Positions 40,801 to 53,690 of a stretch of DNA of 64,000 bases are shown here, one piece after another. Both the position numbers and the translations under genes were made by a program. Numbering within the stretch: position 1 is the stretch's first letter; the number at the start of each line of letters is the position of its first letter. Under the pieces are notes generated by a model that saw only the letters and a program-made list of their open reading frames with translations, searched no databases and was not told the origin of the DNA. Origin of the DNA: Paragordius varius (lineage: Eukaryota; Animalia; Nematomorpha); NCBI GenBank assembly GCA_964247055.1, contig OZ176059.1, forward strand, positions 310,001 to 374,000, read 5' to 3'.

Positions 40801-43800
40801 GAGGTACATGGGTAGAATTAAATTTAGCTGGGGTCAACCATACGCATGAATGTTTTTCTGGATGTACTGAAACGATCAAATCGCCTGACACTATTATTTC
40901 ACAATATTATTATATATAGAAAATTTCTTTTTAACATTATAATGATGTCGAACTCGTTCACAATTTATTGATACGAAACTGCTTTGAGCTCAATGGTTTA
41001 AACTGATGGTTTATTTATTAGGTACCTTTAATCTTAAATTAAAAAAAAGGAATTAAAACTGTTTATTTTTGTTCTTGTGGTGTAGACATAAACACAAAAC
41101 GTAAAAAGTAAAAACACATTTTTTTCTCAAGAAAACAATATTTTTCTTTCTGTTTTAATAGGGAACTTAAATGTTTACAATGTAAAATTATAAAAATCGG
41201 TGTGCATATGTATCAGATATGGTTTTTTTACGATAAAGTAAAGGTACATATTATTACTTAGAAAAAAAAACGTATTTATCTGATAAAAATTAAGAATTTA
41301 TTAATTTTCGAGAATTATTGTTCAATCTTTGTCAAATAAAAAAAATATAATTTAAAATTAATGAATCACATTAAATACAAAGATCCAATCTCACGTAAAT
41401 GATTACCATGTACATACCAAGCCACGTGTTCATGTGACTAAAAAATATATTGGAGAAATTGGAAAAGGAAATGCTATAAATTGTGAAAATTAATATTAAT
41501 TAATTTAATCGAAACTACAGAATAATAGCTATCACCAATAAATCATCCAAACTTCTTCTCAAGATAAACACAATTCATCCCCTATTGATGAAATTTCTGA
41601 CGTTCAGGCTGACTTTAGATCAAAGCGAAACACTACTAATCACACAGTCCGTATTAATATTATAATTCATATATAGGGCCTGCTGAATAAAAACAAGCAC
41701 CTACTGGGTAGTAGGTGCTTGATAGTATGTACCATTTTTTGAAAAAACATTGAATAAAAATAGGTACTTACTGTCATGTACGTACTTAAGTTTTTAGTAT
41801 GTGTAAAATGTTTATTTTCATTTTGTTTTTTTGTTTGTTTTCGATTTCATTCATAAAATGCGTTTGAAAAATTTATAATGTAAATTAGAAAGTCTAACCT
41901 TTGGAAAATAAATATCGATTATCAACCCATTATTATTTAAAAAATGCAATTATTAATACACATTTATTTATAAATACACAAAAAATAAATTAAAATAATG
42001 TTTGAACAATTAAATCTCGTTTCATTTTGCCAGCCTTGAGTATTTGGGTTAGATCAATATTTGTTTCACAATCCTCCACATATTCAATATCAAAATATGA
42101 ATTACTTTCGAAATCTGTTAAGGGTTCGTTAAGATATTTGGATACATTATGTAATATGGAACATGTTAATATAAGTTTTGGGATTCGTTCTAGACTTAAA
42201 CGAATTTCGTTACCAAGTATAGGAAATCGGGTCTTCATCTGACCGAAAACCCCCGCTTGATAATGCTTTTTTCAGAACAATGTAATTTATGGAATTTTTT
42301 CTCGTTATCGATCATCATATTTTTGAAGGGGGTTAGGAGCCAGGGTGATAGTGGACATCCATTATCACCTAACAAACAGAATAAATCATTTTGTTTGCAC
42401 ATATATGACTGAACAATCGTGTTTCGCCATATCCTTGAATCATGGCCATTGTGCATCCACAGATGTAATTTCTTGATTGGCATTACATGTGAATTGTACA
42501 TTGAGGGTACATCGATCGACCCTTTCGATTTATATAGGCCTCAACATTTTTAGGTCTTAATATTTCAAAGTGTGAACAATCAATGCAACCAATAGCAGTT
42601 GACATTTTATATTTGGATAGCCATAATTTATTCGCCATATTAAGCTCTTCAAATGACTTGGGAATTTTTACCCAATGAGATTTTGATACTATTTCGTCCA
42701 TAACTTTAGGTATAGTTTTGCATATGGAACTATGAACATTAAAATCATGTCCTATACCCGCTTGATATCCCGGATCTCCAAGAAATCTTAACGCAAAATC
42801 TAGATTTATGATATTTTAAATACCTCCATTCGCATCCTGGGAGTTAGTTTCCTTAAAGATATATTTAATTTTTAACCAAAATATGAAAAGGTCATTTTAT
42901 CTTAGCCATAACTCAAATTTGAATAAATCTGTGATTTTTTATATAGAAAATAGCTTCATTCAAAAATATTCACTCAAATATATAAAATTTAAATGTTTAT
43001 AAAATAAAATTAAGGTCATTATAAAGTATATAAACTCAAATATTTTACACAAAAATGAAATAATCGAAGAAAATGATATGTTGTGGACATTCTTGAAAAA
43101 AAACCAATATTTTTTAACAAAAGTAATAATCTCTTCTAATTGAACTTACAAAGCTTAAAATAGAGAAGGAAAAAAATTATTATTAATAATAAAACAAATA
43201 ATATTTAATTAATATATTAATAAGTTTATATATATATATATATATATATATGAATCATGTAATTTAAAAAAACATTTATCTTAGAAATTTTATAATAATA
43301 TAACCGATATTATTTTAAGTGAAAAAATAATAGTTTAAAATGTTGCCATTTACCAGCTTAAAAAAAACCAGTAAGTACTAGGTAAAATTTGTAAAAAGAC
43401 AATTTTTATTCAATGATATTTGTCAGTAAATACTGGTAAACATAGTACGTACTGGATAGTAAAAGCAATATATTTTTTTATTCAATACATAGATAGCATA
43501 TACTGGAAAAAACCTAGTTTTTAGCATATACTAGCTTTTATTCAGCAGGCCCATAATGAATTCGGTAAAAGTTTGTACTGCTGTTTTGGACTTCAGTATG
43601 GCATGTGACACAGTCAACCACGATTGTATCTGGAAGATTTTACAATCTTCCGGAGTTTTCTCCAACATAATACTTATGTTACAATCGTTATATAGACAAA
43701 CAGCGGCTACGATCAAAACACAATACGGTTCCACCGACTGGTTCCCCATCCTCAGAGGTGTCAGACAAGGATGTGTCCTTTCTTTCTCCCCTCGTTGTTT

Positions 43801-45951
43801 AATTTATACAATGAAACATTAATTCGCAATTGTGAATTTCCTAAATATATTAGAGCGCGCATTGGTGGTAACTATAAGAAATCTCCGATACGCTGATGAT
43901 ACAGTTCTCTTGATGGAATCCCATTCGGACATGATTTCAATATTAAATAGATTTACAGTCGGAGCAAGTTTGATGGGTCTGAAGCAAAACCCATATCGAA
44001 ATCTATATTCATGATCCTCAAGGCCCCCAAATACCATTATCACTCACTACTGCTCTATCGACTTAACCGATCTTTGTAGGTATTTAGGTTCAATAATTGC
44101 ATCTGACGACACTTCAGATCCCGATATACGAACACGGCTTTTAGGACGTGCTACCCTGGGCAAGCTTTTCAGAATTTGGAACTCGGTAATAAGAGTTCAA
44201 CCAAAGTAGCCATCCTAAAAGCGATGGTAACCCTGTTGCTACCTACGGATCTAGGTCATGGTTTTGTAAATCCACTGACAAAGCCAGAATCAACTCATTT
44301 CAAATGTGGTATTTCCGGTAAATTTTTGGTATTTCCTGGAACCACATCTCTAATTCATATATACTTAAATTCCTCAAACCAGATTCTTACTTTATGATCT
44401 AGTGATCTACAAGCAAATAAAATGTCTGGGCCACATCACACCTTCCGATTTGATTCCTTGAAAAAAAACGTTTTCCTTGGGTCGGTCGATGGGACTCGCA
44501 AAAGAGGCCTCCCTAAAAAGCGGTTTCTAGATATCATCAAATGAGTTACTCACCTTACATCTCTCAAATGATTCGAAAGTCACGATGAAAACACTGATTT
44601 ATGAGAAAGCTAAGAGTCGCTACGCGTCTAGCTTTTAAGAAAAAATATTAATTAATTTAAAACAAATCCAGATAACATCTAAAATTTTGCATTAAAATAC
44701 CTTAAATATCATCCCATCAGGATTTATTTTAATTTATTTGTAATTTTCTATTTACTTGAACACAAGACTCAAAGAGCACAACTCATACATTCGCAGTAAT
44801 ATAAATAACTGTCAGGCTTGTCATAACACATATACACGGTAACAAAAACACAAGCTTTAAAACGGATGTCATCACTAATATCGTAAAACCCCATTAAACG
44901 ACAAATACGCGAAGCAATTATCAAAAAATGCAAAGGTAAATTCAAAAGAGACGATGGTTTATTGTTGTCGTCAATCTGGGACGGACTGCGCATTTGCCTA
45001 ATTGCCAGATTTATTAATTTATACACTATATCACAAAGTTAATGTAAGGATAATTACAGATTTTTTTCATAGATTACCTTTCCCCACCTATATAAGTGTA
45101 AGAAATTTACCACTTCATCCTGCTTTTTATGCGAAAAGTAGTGAACAATATTACTCGAAAAATGATCCTTTTAAATTCAAAAAACGCATTTAGTCTTTAT
45201 TATTCAATAATAAAATAGTAATTTTTACTTTTAACATGTTGTCTTTATTTTTAACTTTAAAGAACTTTTACTGCTTAAACAGGCAATTATGAATTAACTA
45301 ACCATAATTGTTTAGGGTTGATGAATTGCCACCAGCTGTAGAATTTGGGTCATTTAACATTACGATGGATGGATTGATGTTAGCGGAACGGTTAGAGCGG
45401 GAAAAATATCCTGGGCCTCCTACGCCCCCCTTTACCACATGGTTAGGAGGCAAATTAAAGTGTGGATATGGATTGAATGGTGCATTAGTTATAACTGGGC
45501 CCAAATCTTGTTTATCAAACATGCGTTTAGATTTGACTTTGGTGTTAATTTGAAGGGTCTCATTACTATTCAAGACCCGTGGGTCAGTATTCGATAAAGG
45601 TAGCGTTGTCATGTTAGTAAAACCATTGGTGGAAACAGCATTCAAACTTTGAAGAGAATTAAATCCGGAATCTAGATTTGTTTTGATATTGGTATTGGTA
45701 TTGTCATTACTTTTTTGTTTATCCTTTTGTTTTTGTTTTTGCTTTTTAAATTTATGATATCGATCGTCATTATTTTCAATACTTTCATTATTTTTATCAT
45801 TAGAGTTACCTACAAAATTGGATTCCATTGTTTTATTAGGCTTGCTAACTTCTTCTGTGCTGTCATTCGAAGTACCACTGATATTTTTGACATTCGTGTC
45901 ATCAATGGGCACACTGACAAATGAATCATCAAATTGTTCTTTTCCTTCCAT
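33131..45951 (-). CDS. TMEM268: Transmembrane protein 268-like, 607 aa; exons 45951-45303, 45025-44789, 40890-40775, 39913-39680, 37590-37480, 36490-36410, 35895-35701, 33876-33756, 33210-33131
   Basis: The spliced frame (1824 nt) reads ...WLTPAKFN..VPPE...DDY.LAIELLSND.RF..Y.MCYKRIL..W (two TM helices)...LMGMEDWGKLSCHKIL/IHVIYYD..PC...AEKLLLRNSQ...RH..GNFCLCQYVED, matching invertebrate TMEM268 as I recall it. Seven introns are GT-AG and one is AT-AC. Confidence 0.85.
36491..37479 (-). other. U12-type (minor spliceosome) AT-AC intron, 989 bp, phase 0
   Basis: 5' site TTG|ATATCCTTTT matches the U12 consensus and the 3' site is GTGTAC|ATC. This is the only junction found that keeps the conserved CHKxxxxxIYYD motif in frame. 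Confidence 0.85.
36588..36808. mobile_element. Foldback MITE (TA|CAGTATGCATTTTAATG...CATTAAAATGCATACTG|TA)
   Basis: Perfect 17-bp TIR with TA on both sides and internal pairing. A second right end is near 53975. Confidence 0.8.
37690..38211 (-). mobile_element. piggyBac-like non-autonomous element (inverted partner of 38331-38890)
   Basis: Ends GTTGTATCCAAGTG|TTAA at 38198-38215. Confidence 0.7.
38331..38890 (+). mobile_element. piggyBac-like non-autonomous element
   Basis: Starts TTAA|CACTTGGATACAAC. Colinear with the copies at 29038 and 63004. Confidence 0.7.
41676..43552 (-). mobile_element. PIF/Harbinger DNA transposon, TIR-bounded (1877 bp)
   Basis: Perfect 17-bp TIRs GGGCCTGCTGAATAAAA / TTTTATTCAGCAGGCCC with a 3-bp ATA direct repeat on both sides. 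Confidence 0.9.
41990..42850 (-). pseudogene. Harbinger (HARBI1-like, DDE_Tnp_4) transposase pseudogene
   Basis: Fragments LRFLGDPGYQ..., AIGCIDCSHFEI.RP...YINRKG, GHDSRIW, LLGDNGCPLSPWLLTPF, RFPIL...LILTCSILHN lie in different frames. Confidence 0.9.
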
Positions 45952-48900
45952 TTCTTACTTGAGTTATATGTTATATTTTGTCTCTAAATAATACTATCTA
46001 ATGATTTTTGACTAAAATTCAATTATCGGAGGCATAACTTGTAGTATTGAGTGTTACAATTGTGATCTAAAACAGGAAAAATTATAGAGATAATATAAAA
46101 AATGGCAATACATTTAAAAATATTGCGCCAAATTTTGGGGCAAAAAAAGTTTTTTTTGACATATTACAAACCCAGTACACGAAAAAAATTGGCTTTGCCT
46201 TTTGAGGCGACATTAGCATTCAGTCGTTCATATCTTTTTGTTAAGTATCAACTTTAGATTTAATTAATTGAAAATACAGTAAAAATTTAAATTATACAGA
46301 CAAAACGTGAAAATATAAAGATATTTATTTTTTGAAAAGACCGCTGTATTTGAAATTGTTTATTAATACAAATCATTGTTTTAATTGTAAAGTATGAAAT
46401 AGAGATGTGTATTGACACAATTAGATACGTATTTTAGAATAATTATATGATTTGCGCTAAGGTTTAAAAGTAGGGTTGTTGTCTTTGGAAAAATATATTT
46501 TTTCTATATTTTTACATTTTGTCCATATAAGTTCTATTTTTACTGTAATTAAATGATAGAAAATAAACATAATTTATACCGAGATTTAAAACGATGATTT
46601 ATTAATGGCAATGAAACCACGTTTTTTCAGGACCGTTTTGTGGTCCAAAAAAAATTAAATAGTAGCACAGCTTAAATATTTTATAAATTTTTAATTATAT
46701 TCGTATAATTAATACGTCGACTTTACATAAACTTTTATATTTTTTTGAATAAAATAAAAGTATAATTTCTTAAAATATCTGTAAGTTGCCGCAGTACATT
46801 TGCGTGCTACTTTTTTGAATAGCTTTAAATTAAATTAGGACCAAAATTAGAACAATGAAAAATCAAATAAAACTGTAAGCTTTTTCGCATAAGAATCTAT
46901 AAAACCATAACTGTTGAAAAATTTTCTTATGTGAGCCTATACCTGGATCTGGAGAATATTATATACCGAATACAATACAAATGCGGTTTCAATTTCTATC
47001 CCCAAATTACACGAAGATTTTTAATTTTTTATATTTCAGCAAGGCATTTAGAATGAAATCGTGTAAAGTAAAAAAAAAATTCATTAAAATGGGTTTATCA
47101 GTAATTTACATCATATGGGATATTTATCGAATCGAAGGTTTAAACTTGTAAAAACTATTATATATTCCTAAAATATAATCATCCATCCTTTTAACTATTT
47201 TCCTAGATAGAAGAAATGACTTTAGGTTTTAAAATAAAGTTAGCACTCAAAACCGCTTTAAGCACACAGCTGATTTTAACAATGAATAAGTAAGGAATAT
47301 TAGTTGCCAAAATGTAATTAAATGCATGATCATAATATATTGTTACATTCGATTTTTAATGAATTAAATTATCCAAAAATATATAGTTGGCAAATATATT
47401 TAAAAACGTTATTCCACATATATGATTTAAAATATTATTTTTTAATAGGCCATAGAATGCATATATTTTAATTTAACCCAATAACACCGATATCTTTTTA
47501 AAATTACTCTGATTTGCTTAAATCTAAAAATTGATGACATGCTGCATGTATATTTTTGTTTTGATTTACTCCATTTCCAAGGGAGTTTAAACACTGGAAG
47601 TCTAAATTTTTTTCAAGATATTGATTTTAAATTTAATGTTAAAATATTATTATCAAATGAAAATTTACACTTTAAACCGGTTTAATAATCGTTTGACATT
47701 ATGCAGGCATTCAAGTTTATTATTTATCATAAATATTGAATGAATGCAACTAAATAAACAACACTAACAAAAATTTGATAGCAATTTCAAACTTCAGACA
47801 TTAAACTTCAAAATTAGGTTAAGAAAATAGTCAAAACTATAGAGCGAACTATTGAAAAAAAGACAGCTTAAAACCAATTATTATCAAATATTTGTTGTAA
47901 AAATATGATCAAACGAACGTATAATTAAAAAAATTTTATTTTCTAACTAAATAAATATTTATCCAAGTTTTTTAGCGTCTATTAGTGAGTTTCATAAAAA
48001 TTTGCGTCTTAAAGTCTACGATGAAATTTTTTACGACATTATAAATTTTAAATATCTAATGTGACTAAAAGGTAATGGATTGCTTTCAATATTTACAATT
48101 GCACAGATGCATTTTAAATCATTCGATTTTGAAATCGACCGAGGGTAACAAGCTGCCCTAAAAGGTAGGGATGTGTCATTAAGCGCAATAAAATCATATG
48201 ATTAAAACATGTGATTCACACATATTCAAATTTTATAAGCCGTCGCAGTAACGATATATAAAGGTCCTCCCCAACCCTTTTGTTCTCAAAAAAATTGTTA
48301 TACAATATCAAACAAATTTAAGACTTAGTAATCATTAAGTTTCATTTAAATAACGGTCGAATTTCGATATTTAATTATAATACATGTAATTTTTAATTAA
48401 TTACTGATAACAAAACTATATACTATGGAATAATTATATTATTGTAGCCTAAATAATAATAATATCCTAGCTACAAGAAGAGAAAAATTTTGCATCCCAT
48501 TGAAAAGCAAAAGTGAAGCAGGCTTTTCACATGTGAATTTAAATAAAATTATAGGCCATAATAGTTTCTGCTTTATGCGTCGGAGGTTGGCGATGAAAGC
48601 TACTAATATGTTGTTTAAAAAGTGGTGGTGGCGCAAACCATAAAATTAAATAAAAATACCAATAAGAGAAACATGATTAATTTAGAAAAATTTAGCATAT
48701 ATAAATTAGCCACAGGCAATACCAAGCATTCACTAAAAGAGCTGGATAAACGGGATTCGAATTGTTTAAATTAGCGATCGGAGCTAGAACCAGTTAATTC
48801 GAGGTCAATTTTTTTTTCTGGTTTCGAGATTATTCTACCACTCTTATTAGAAAAAACGGTTTTTAATTAAGAAATTTTGGTATTCTGTTGCCGAAATTAG

Positions 48901-51900
48901 AGTCGGGATGATCCGGTTCCTATGCTTTTGAGTCCAATGATTGTTTCTAAATTCGGTTTTCATTTTCTTTAAATTAGGGATAGCCAGCCTGTACTTTGAT
49001 GGAATATGAATAAAATATCACATATAAATATGAGGAGCATTTTAAGACGGTTCTACGGCTCATTCACTGCCCTAAAGTATGAAATGAGGTCTTAGGTATT
49101 TGAATGTGCCCCTTAGACGCAAACTCTTATTTTAAAACGCGTCACCAATAAGAATCCGAGAAACAATACAAGTAATAAGAAAACACCACCTATGCAAAAT
49201 TTAGTGTATAATACCTTACGCGAATACCTTAGGAAGGCATCAGTTCACGTTACTTTTAAACCAAGATTGTTCAACCCTAGTTCTCCGGTCCGGGAAAAAA
49301 TTTTACGAAATTTATGAAAATAATATTTTCTAAAATCAAGGAACTAGCAAAAAATGATAAAATTAATAGTTGTTTATTATTGTCTAGGTCTAAAACCTAA
49401 AATTTGTCAAATGCGGCCAGGCATTTGAGTTGGACACCCCTCTTCTGAACTTATTAAACGCGAAATATTTAGAGATAGTCAAAAGGGAGGGTATTTGGAT
49501 TTTAGCTTTCATTGATTACTACGTCTTTGAAATAAAAACATAAAAAAACCTTAAAGCGCATGTATAATAGAGTGCGTGGGGCCTGCATGAAGTGAGCTGT
49601 AATTTGTTTTTAGGGTTTAAATAAATCAATTAAAGGCGTTTTATTAAGTATAATGTAATTATATAATTATATATATCAAATTGGAGTTGAAGTTCAATTT
49701 TTTAATAAGTAAAAAGATTGGCAATAGTAGTATGGTAAAATATCCCCTATTATAGTAAATTAAATATATTAATGTGGAATTACCTGTTTTTAGGTGATAA
49801 TAAATATTTTATAATTCCGATAGGTTAGGGACTATCATACAATAAGCGAATATACAATAGTATTAAAATATTATTTAGCAAATTTCCCAGAATTAATATA
49901 TTACAAAATAATTAAAAGGTATAAAAAAACTCATCATTAATAAAAATATCTTCAAATAAAACTATGGATGTAGTGTGACTAAAAAAATAAATTTTGTCCA
50001 AAACACAATAAAAACAAAAACGAAAAAATAATGACAATATATTTTTTATTATATATATAAAAGTATGAGGTTTCAAATGTTATGTTACAATAGTTTTACC
50101 TTAAGCTCTCTCTCACACACATATAGAACTGATTATATATAAATATATATAATTGTTATATAAAAAAGCAACTGAACACAACAAAAAACGTAAAACAATA
50201 CAAAAATAATGACTGTATATAAATTTACCACACGTACGCACGTAACTATGGATATAGATATACACAGGTGAAAGTACAGGTAACTAACAAACTACAGTTA
50301 ATACCTTGTTTGCTAAATTTATTTCATATTTTTTTGGTTTTTTAAAGATTTTGCCTTTTGAAATCATGTTTATATATATATATAATTAAAAAAATATTAT
50401 TCGTATAATACCATTTTTCTATCTTTCCACAAAAAAAATAAAGGTAATAAGAATAGTTTGGTGTAGTTTAAAATAAAAATCAAGGTGAGAGACATACATT
50501 ACAATACATTATAAAATAATCAATATACATATATATATATGTATATGTAAATTCAAAAATTGTATTATATATATATTAGGAAGTGATGATTGACAAAATT
50601 TACCACACATATATTCAAATAATTTTATGCAAAAATATGGTGCTCCTTTCTACAATAATGATGAAGGCATTGAAATATACATACATATAAATTTATTGAT
50701 TTTTAGGTCGTAATTGCAATACATGCATAGGTATAAAACAAAAATAATATTTCCTTTTTTAGTTTTAATCGACTAAAAAAGAATATATATACACTAAAAA
50801 TTTATACGGACAAAATTTAAAAATAAGACAAAAATTGTTTTTCAAAAGACAACCATACTTTTTACAACCTTAATTTTTACTATTTAAAATATTTAATTAC
50901 AATCGTAAACTACATAATGGATTGTGCTACCAATTATTTCTATTTTATATTTTGCAGTTTAAAACAATCAGAAAAGATCAAGATTCAAAAAATATGGTTG
51001 TCTTTTAGAAAAAAAATACTTTACGTTTTGTCCGTATAATTTTAATTTTTACTGTATTTATATATTTAACATGTATATTTTGTTGTTTGTAAATTTTAAA
51101 TATCATCATGCGATAGGTATAATGGTTAACACAATGATAAATGCGGTTATAACACTATAGAAAAAAAAGTTATTTTAATTTTTCCAGCTATTAGCCCAAG
51201 AGAAAATTGCAACTTCTAGCACATTAGCTCGAATAAAATTAATATAATTTGACCGTTAGCCAATTTTTAATTAGGAGTATCAGGATTGTCATGGTGCTTT
51301 TGGATTTTAACAGTGATATTATAATGAAGGTATCTCACTTTTGTAGTAATTTTTATAAAAATCACAAAACATCATATTAAATTTAGTTTTTAAGGAAAGC
51401 TAAAGGCTATACAACTAATAAATGTTAATACATATGTTATAAAACAGATTTCAATTTGTGATGTGGACTGAAACTTTTTTAATTTGGCAGGAGGCTTATT
51501 CTAAAATAAATGCAAAATGCTGAAATTTATTTAATAATTTGCTTGCTTTCAGACTTAGGTATTGTTTGAAAATAAATGAATCAAATTTAAAAAACGAAAA
51601 ATCTTTTAATCAAAACTATTTACAGTAAAAAATGAAAATATACGGACAAAACGTAAAATATACAGACCAATATTTTTTTTCAAAAGACAACTCTACTTTT
51701 TAAATATTGATTATTTTTAATACTCATTATTTAATGATGAATGTATCAAATACAGATAAATAGGAAACCCCATCAAATATTTAACAGTGGTTGGTAGGTA
51801 TATATTTTGGATAAGTAATTTTAAGGTTTAAAAAAGTATGGTTGCCTTTTGAAAAAATATTTGTCTTCATTTTTAGTCCGTATAATTTCAATTTTAATAA

Positions 51901-52137
51901 AAACGTTGATCCAATTATTTCAAGCGCTTTTATATTTTATGTTTTTGAAAACAAATTTTAATTTATAGATAATTTATTAATGATTTTTATTAAAATAAAA
52001 AATATTTTGGATCTTACTGATCCTTTATCAATTATAAATCTATTAAAAATAGATATAAAATAAATATAAATAAAACAATATGGTTATAAATTAAAACAGT
52101 TTGGTCTTTTTTATCCCGTAAAAGCTGTAGGTGATTG

Positions 52138-52765
52138 TTTACGTTCCAGCAGGGTTGTGTAGTGGTTTACTTTTTATAAAAATTTATGTAATAGTGTTTA
52201 TTTGGGGTAAGTATTCTCTTTTGTGGATAAGGTCATTTGTGTTATGTGAGTGGATGTACAGTGTCTCAGGCTAAAGATTTTAAGAAAAAAATTTTGCTTG
52301 GCGAGTTTATGAATCTGTATGTTTTGTATTTTGTTTATGTTGATATATCGCTGACTTTTTATGTTTGAGGTGCTCATTAGCTCGTGTTTGTATTGGTTTC
52401 CTTTTGTTTCACCTATATATTTTGTAGCATCCATACAGGGGATTCCATATATGACATTTTCGTCAACACTTTTGGGATGTTTGGTAGTTAAGAGGGTTAT
52501 TTGATTGGTGCATGGTTTGTATACTACTACCTACCTTTAGTTGTTAACTGTATTTCGATTGTCGAAAATTTTTTTGTGTTGTAGGAAGATTTTTTTTACG
52601 TGTTTGTTTTTCGTTTTTGAAAAGAAACTATAGAAGAGACGCTGTACATTCGTTTACACATAACACAAATTACCTTCCCAACATAAGAGAGGAGTCCCAA
52701 ATAAATCCCATTACAAAAAATTTCCGAAAAAGGAAACCACTACACATAACTGGTGGTTCGTAGAC
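52138..52765 (-). mobile_element. 5'-truncated Penelope-like retroelement: GIY-YIG endonuclease remnant with an inverted pseudo-LTR
   Basis: NVIYGIPCMDATKYIGETK (~52470-52400). 52138-52267 recurs inverted at ~52636-52765. Confidence 0.75.
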
Positions 52766-53379
52766 ATTATCTTACAGCAATTATGTGATAAAAAAGAGCA
52801 AAGTGTTTGATTTAAAAAATTATTGTTTTATTTATTTTTGTCTCATATATATTTTTAATATTTTATATAATTGATGATCAGAAGCTCCGAAATATTTTAT
52901 TATTTAAAAAATTTATTTATTTTAACCACTTTAATATTGCTTTCACCATGATTCAATGTGCAATAATTATAACATGGAGAAACAAAAACACCTCTCTAGT
53001 TCTTAAAAGAATGAAACTCATAATGGCTTTAACCGGTCAATGTCTCAAATTTATTAAGTTGACATATTTTGGGATAACTATAAAGATGGATAAATTAAAA
53101 TAAAATATAATGACAATAGTAAAAGGAAAAATAAAGCGCACCATTTTAAAATGTACTAGACCTTAAAATCTAACTGAAAACAAACTTTTCTTCATAAATA
53201 ACGTTCCTTATTGCAACATATGAAATTCATATTCACCTTGAGAAACTGGAGGTCAACAATCTGTTTCATATATTTATAAAGATTTTATTAGGATATTATT
53301 TTATATCCACGATTACTGTGTAATCCTAACGAAAAATGTGATATTTCACCGTTATCTATTTTTTTAATAGTTGTTGTTA

Positions 53380-53690
53380 TATTATATCATAGATATCCCC
53401 AAATAAGTGAATTGCTTAATTAACCCGTATCCCCTATATAAACTCCAATTAAACATCTCAAAGTCTTGTTAAGAAACTATACTATTTTTGAAAGTTAATA
53501 AATCTTAAAACGAGATCGTATCGTTTTGAAAAAATGCTATTATGCTTGATATATTATATAACAAATACATAATTTATTAAATTGAAATATATATAATTGA
53601 AGAATTCTAGAGCCCATATATTAACCAGCTACAGGTCTTGTTCCATTACGTGGTCTCCTTGGCATAATTACTCGGCATAAATTAAACAAA
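53380..53690 (-). pseudogene. Possible highly decayed LINE RT fragment
   Basis: Only short motifs CQGD and KQFTYLGI, in the expected order. Confidence 0.3.

Larger units (their letters stand above)
41390..44600 (+). mobile_element. RTE-clade LINE reverse-transcriptase relic, split by the Harbinger insertion (parts ~41390-41675 and 43553-~44600)
   Basis: Left part: KGNAINC..NYRIIAIT..SKLLLKI..EISDVQADFRSKRNTT. Right part: EFGKSLYCCF/DFSMACDTVNH..STDWFPILRGVRQGCVLS..NLRYADDTVLL..YLGSII..GSVDGTRKRG. Frameshifts and stops throughout. Confidence 0.9.

Noticed and set aside
52138-52160. Hammerhead ribozyme in the Penelope pseudo-LTR (CTGCTGG..CGTAAAC and CTGGTGG..CGTAGAC)
   Set aside because: Both copies miss the CUGANGA and GAAA core, so at most a dead relic.
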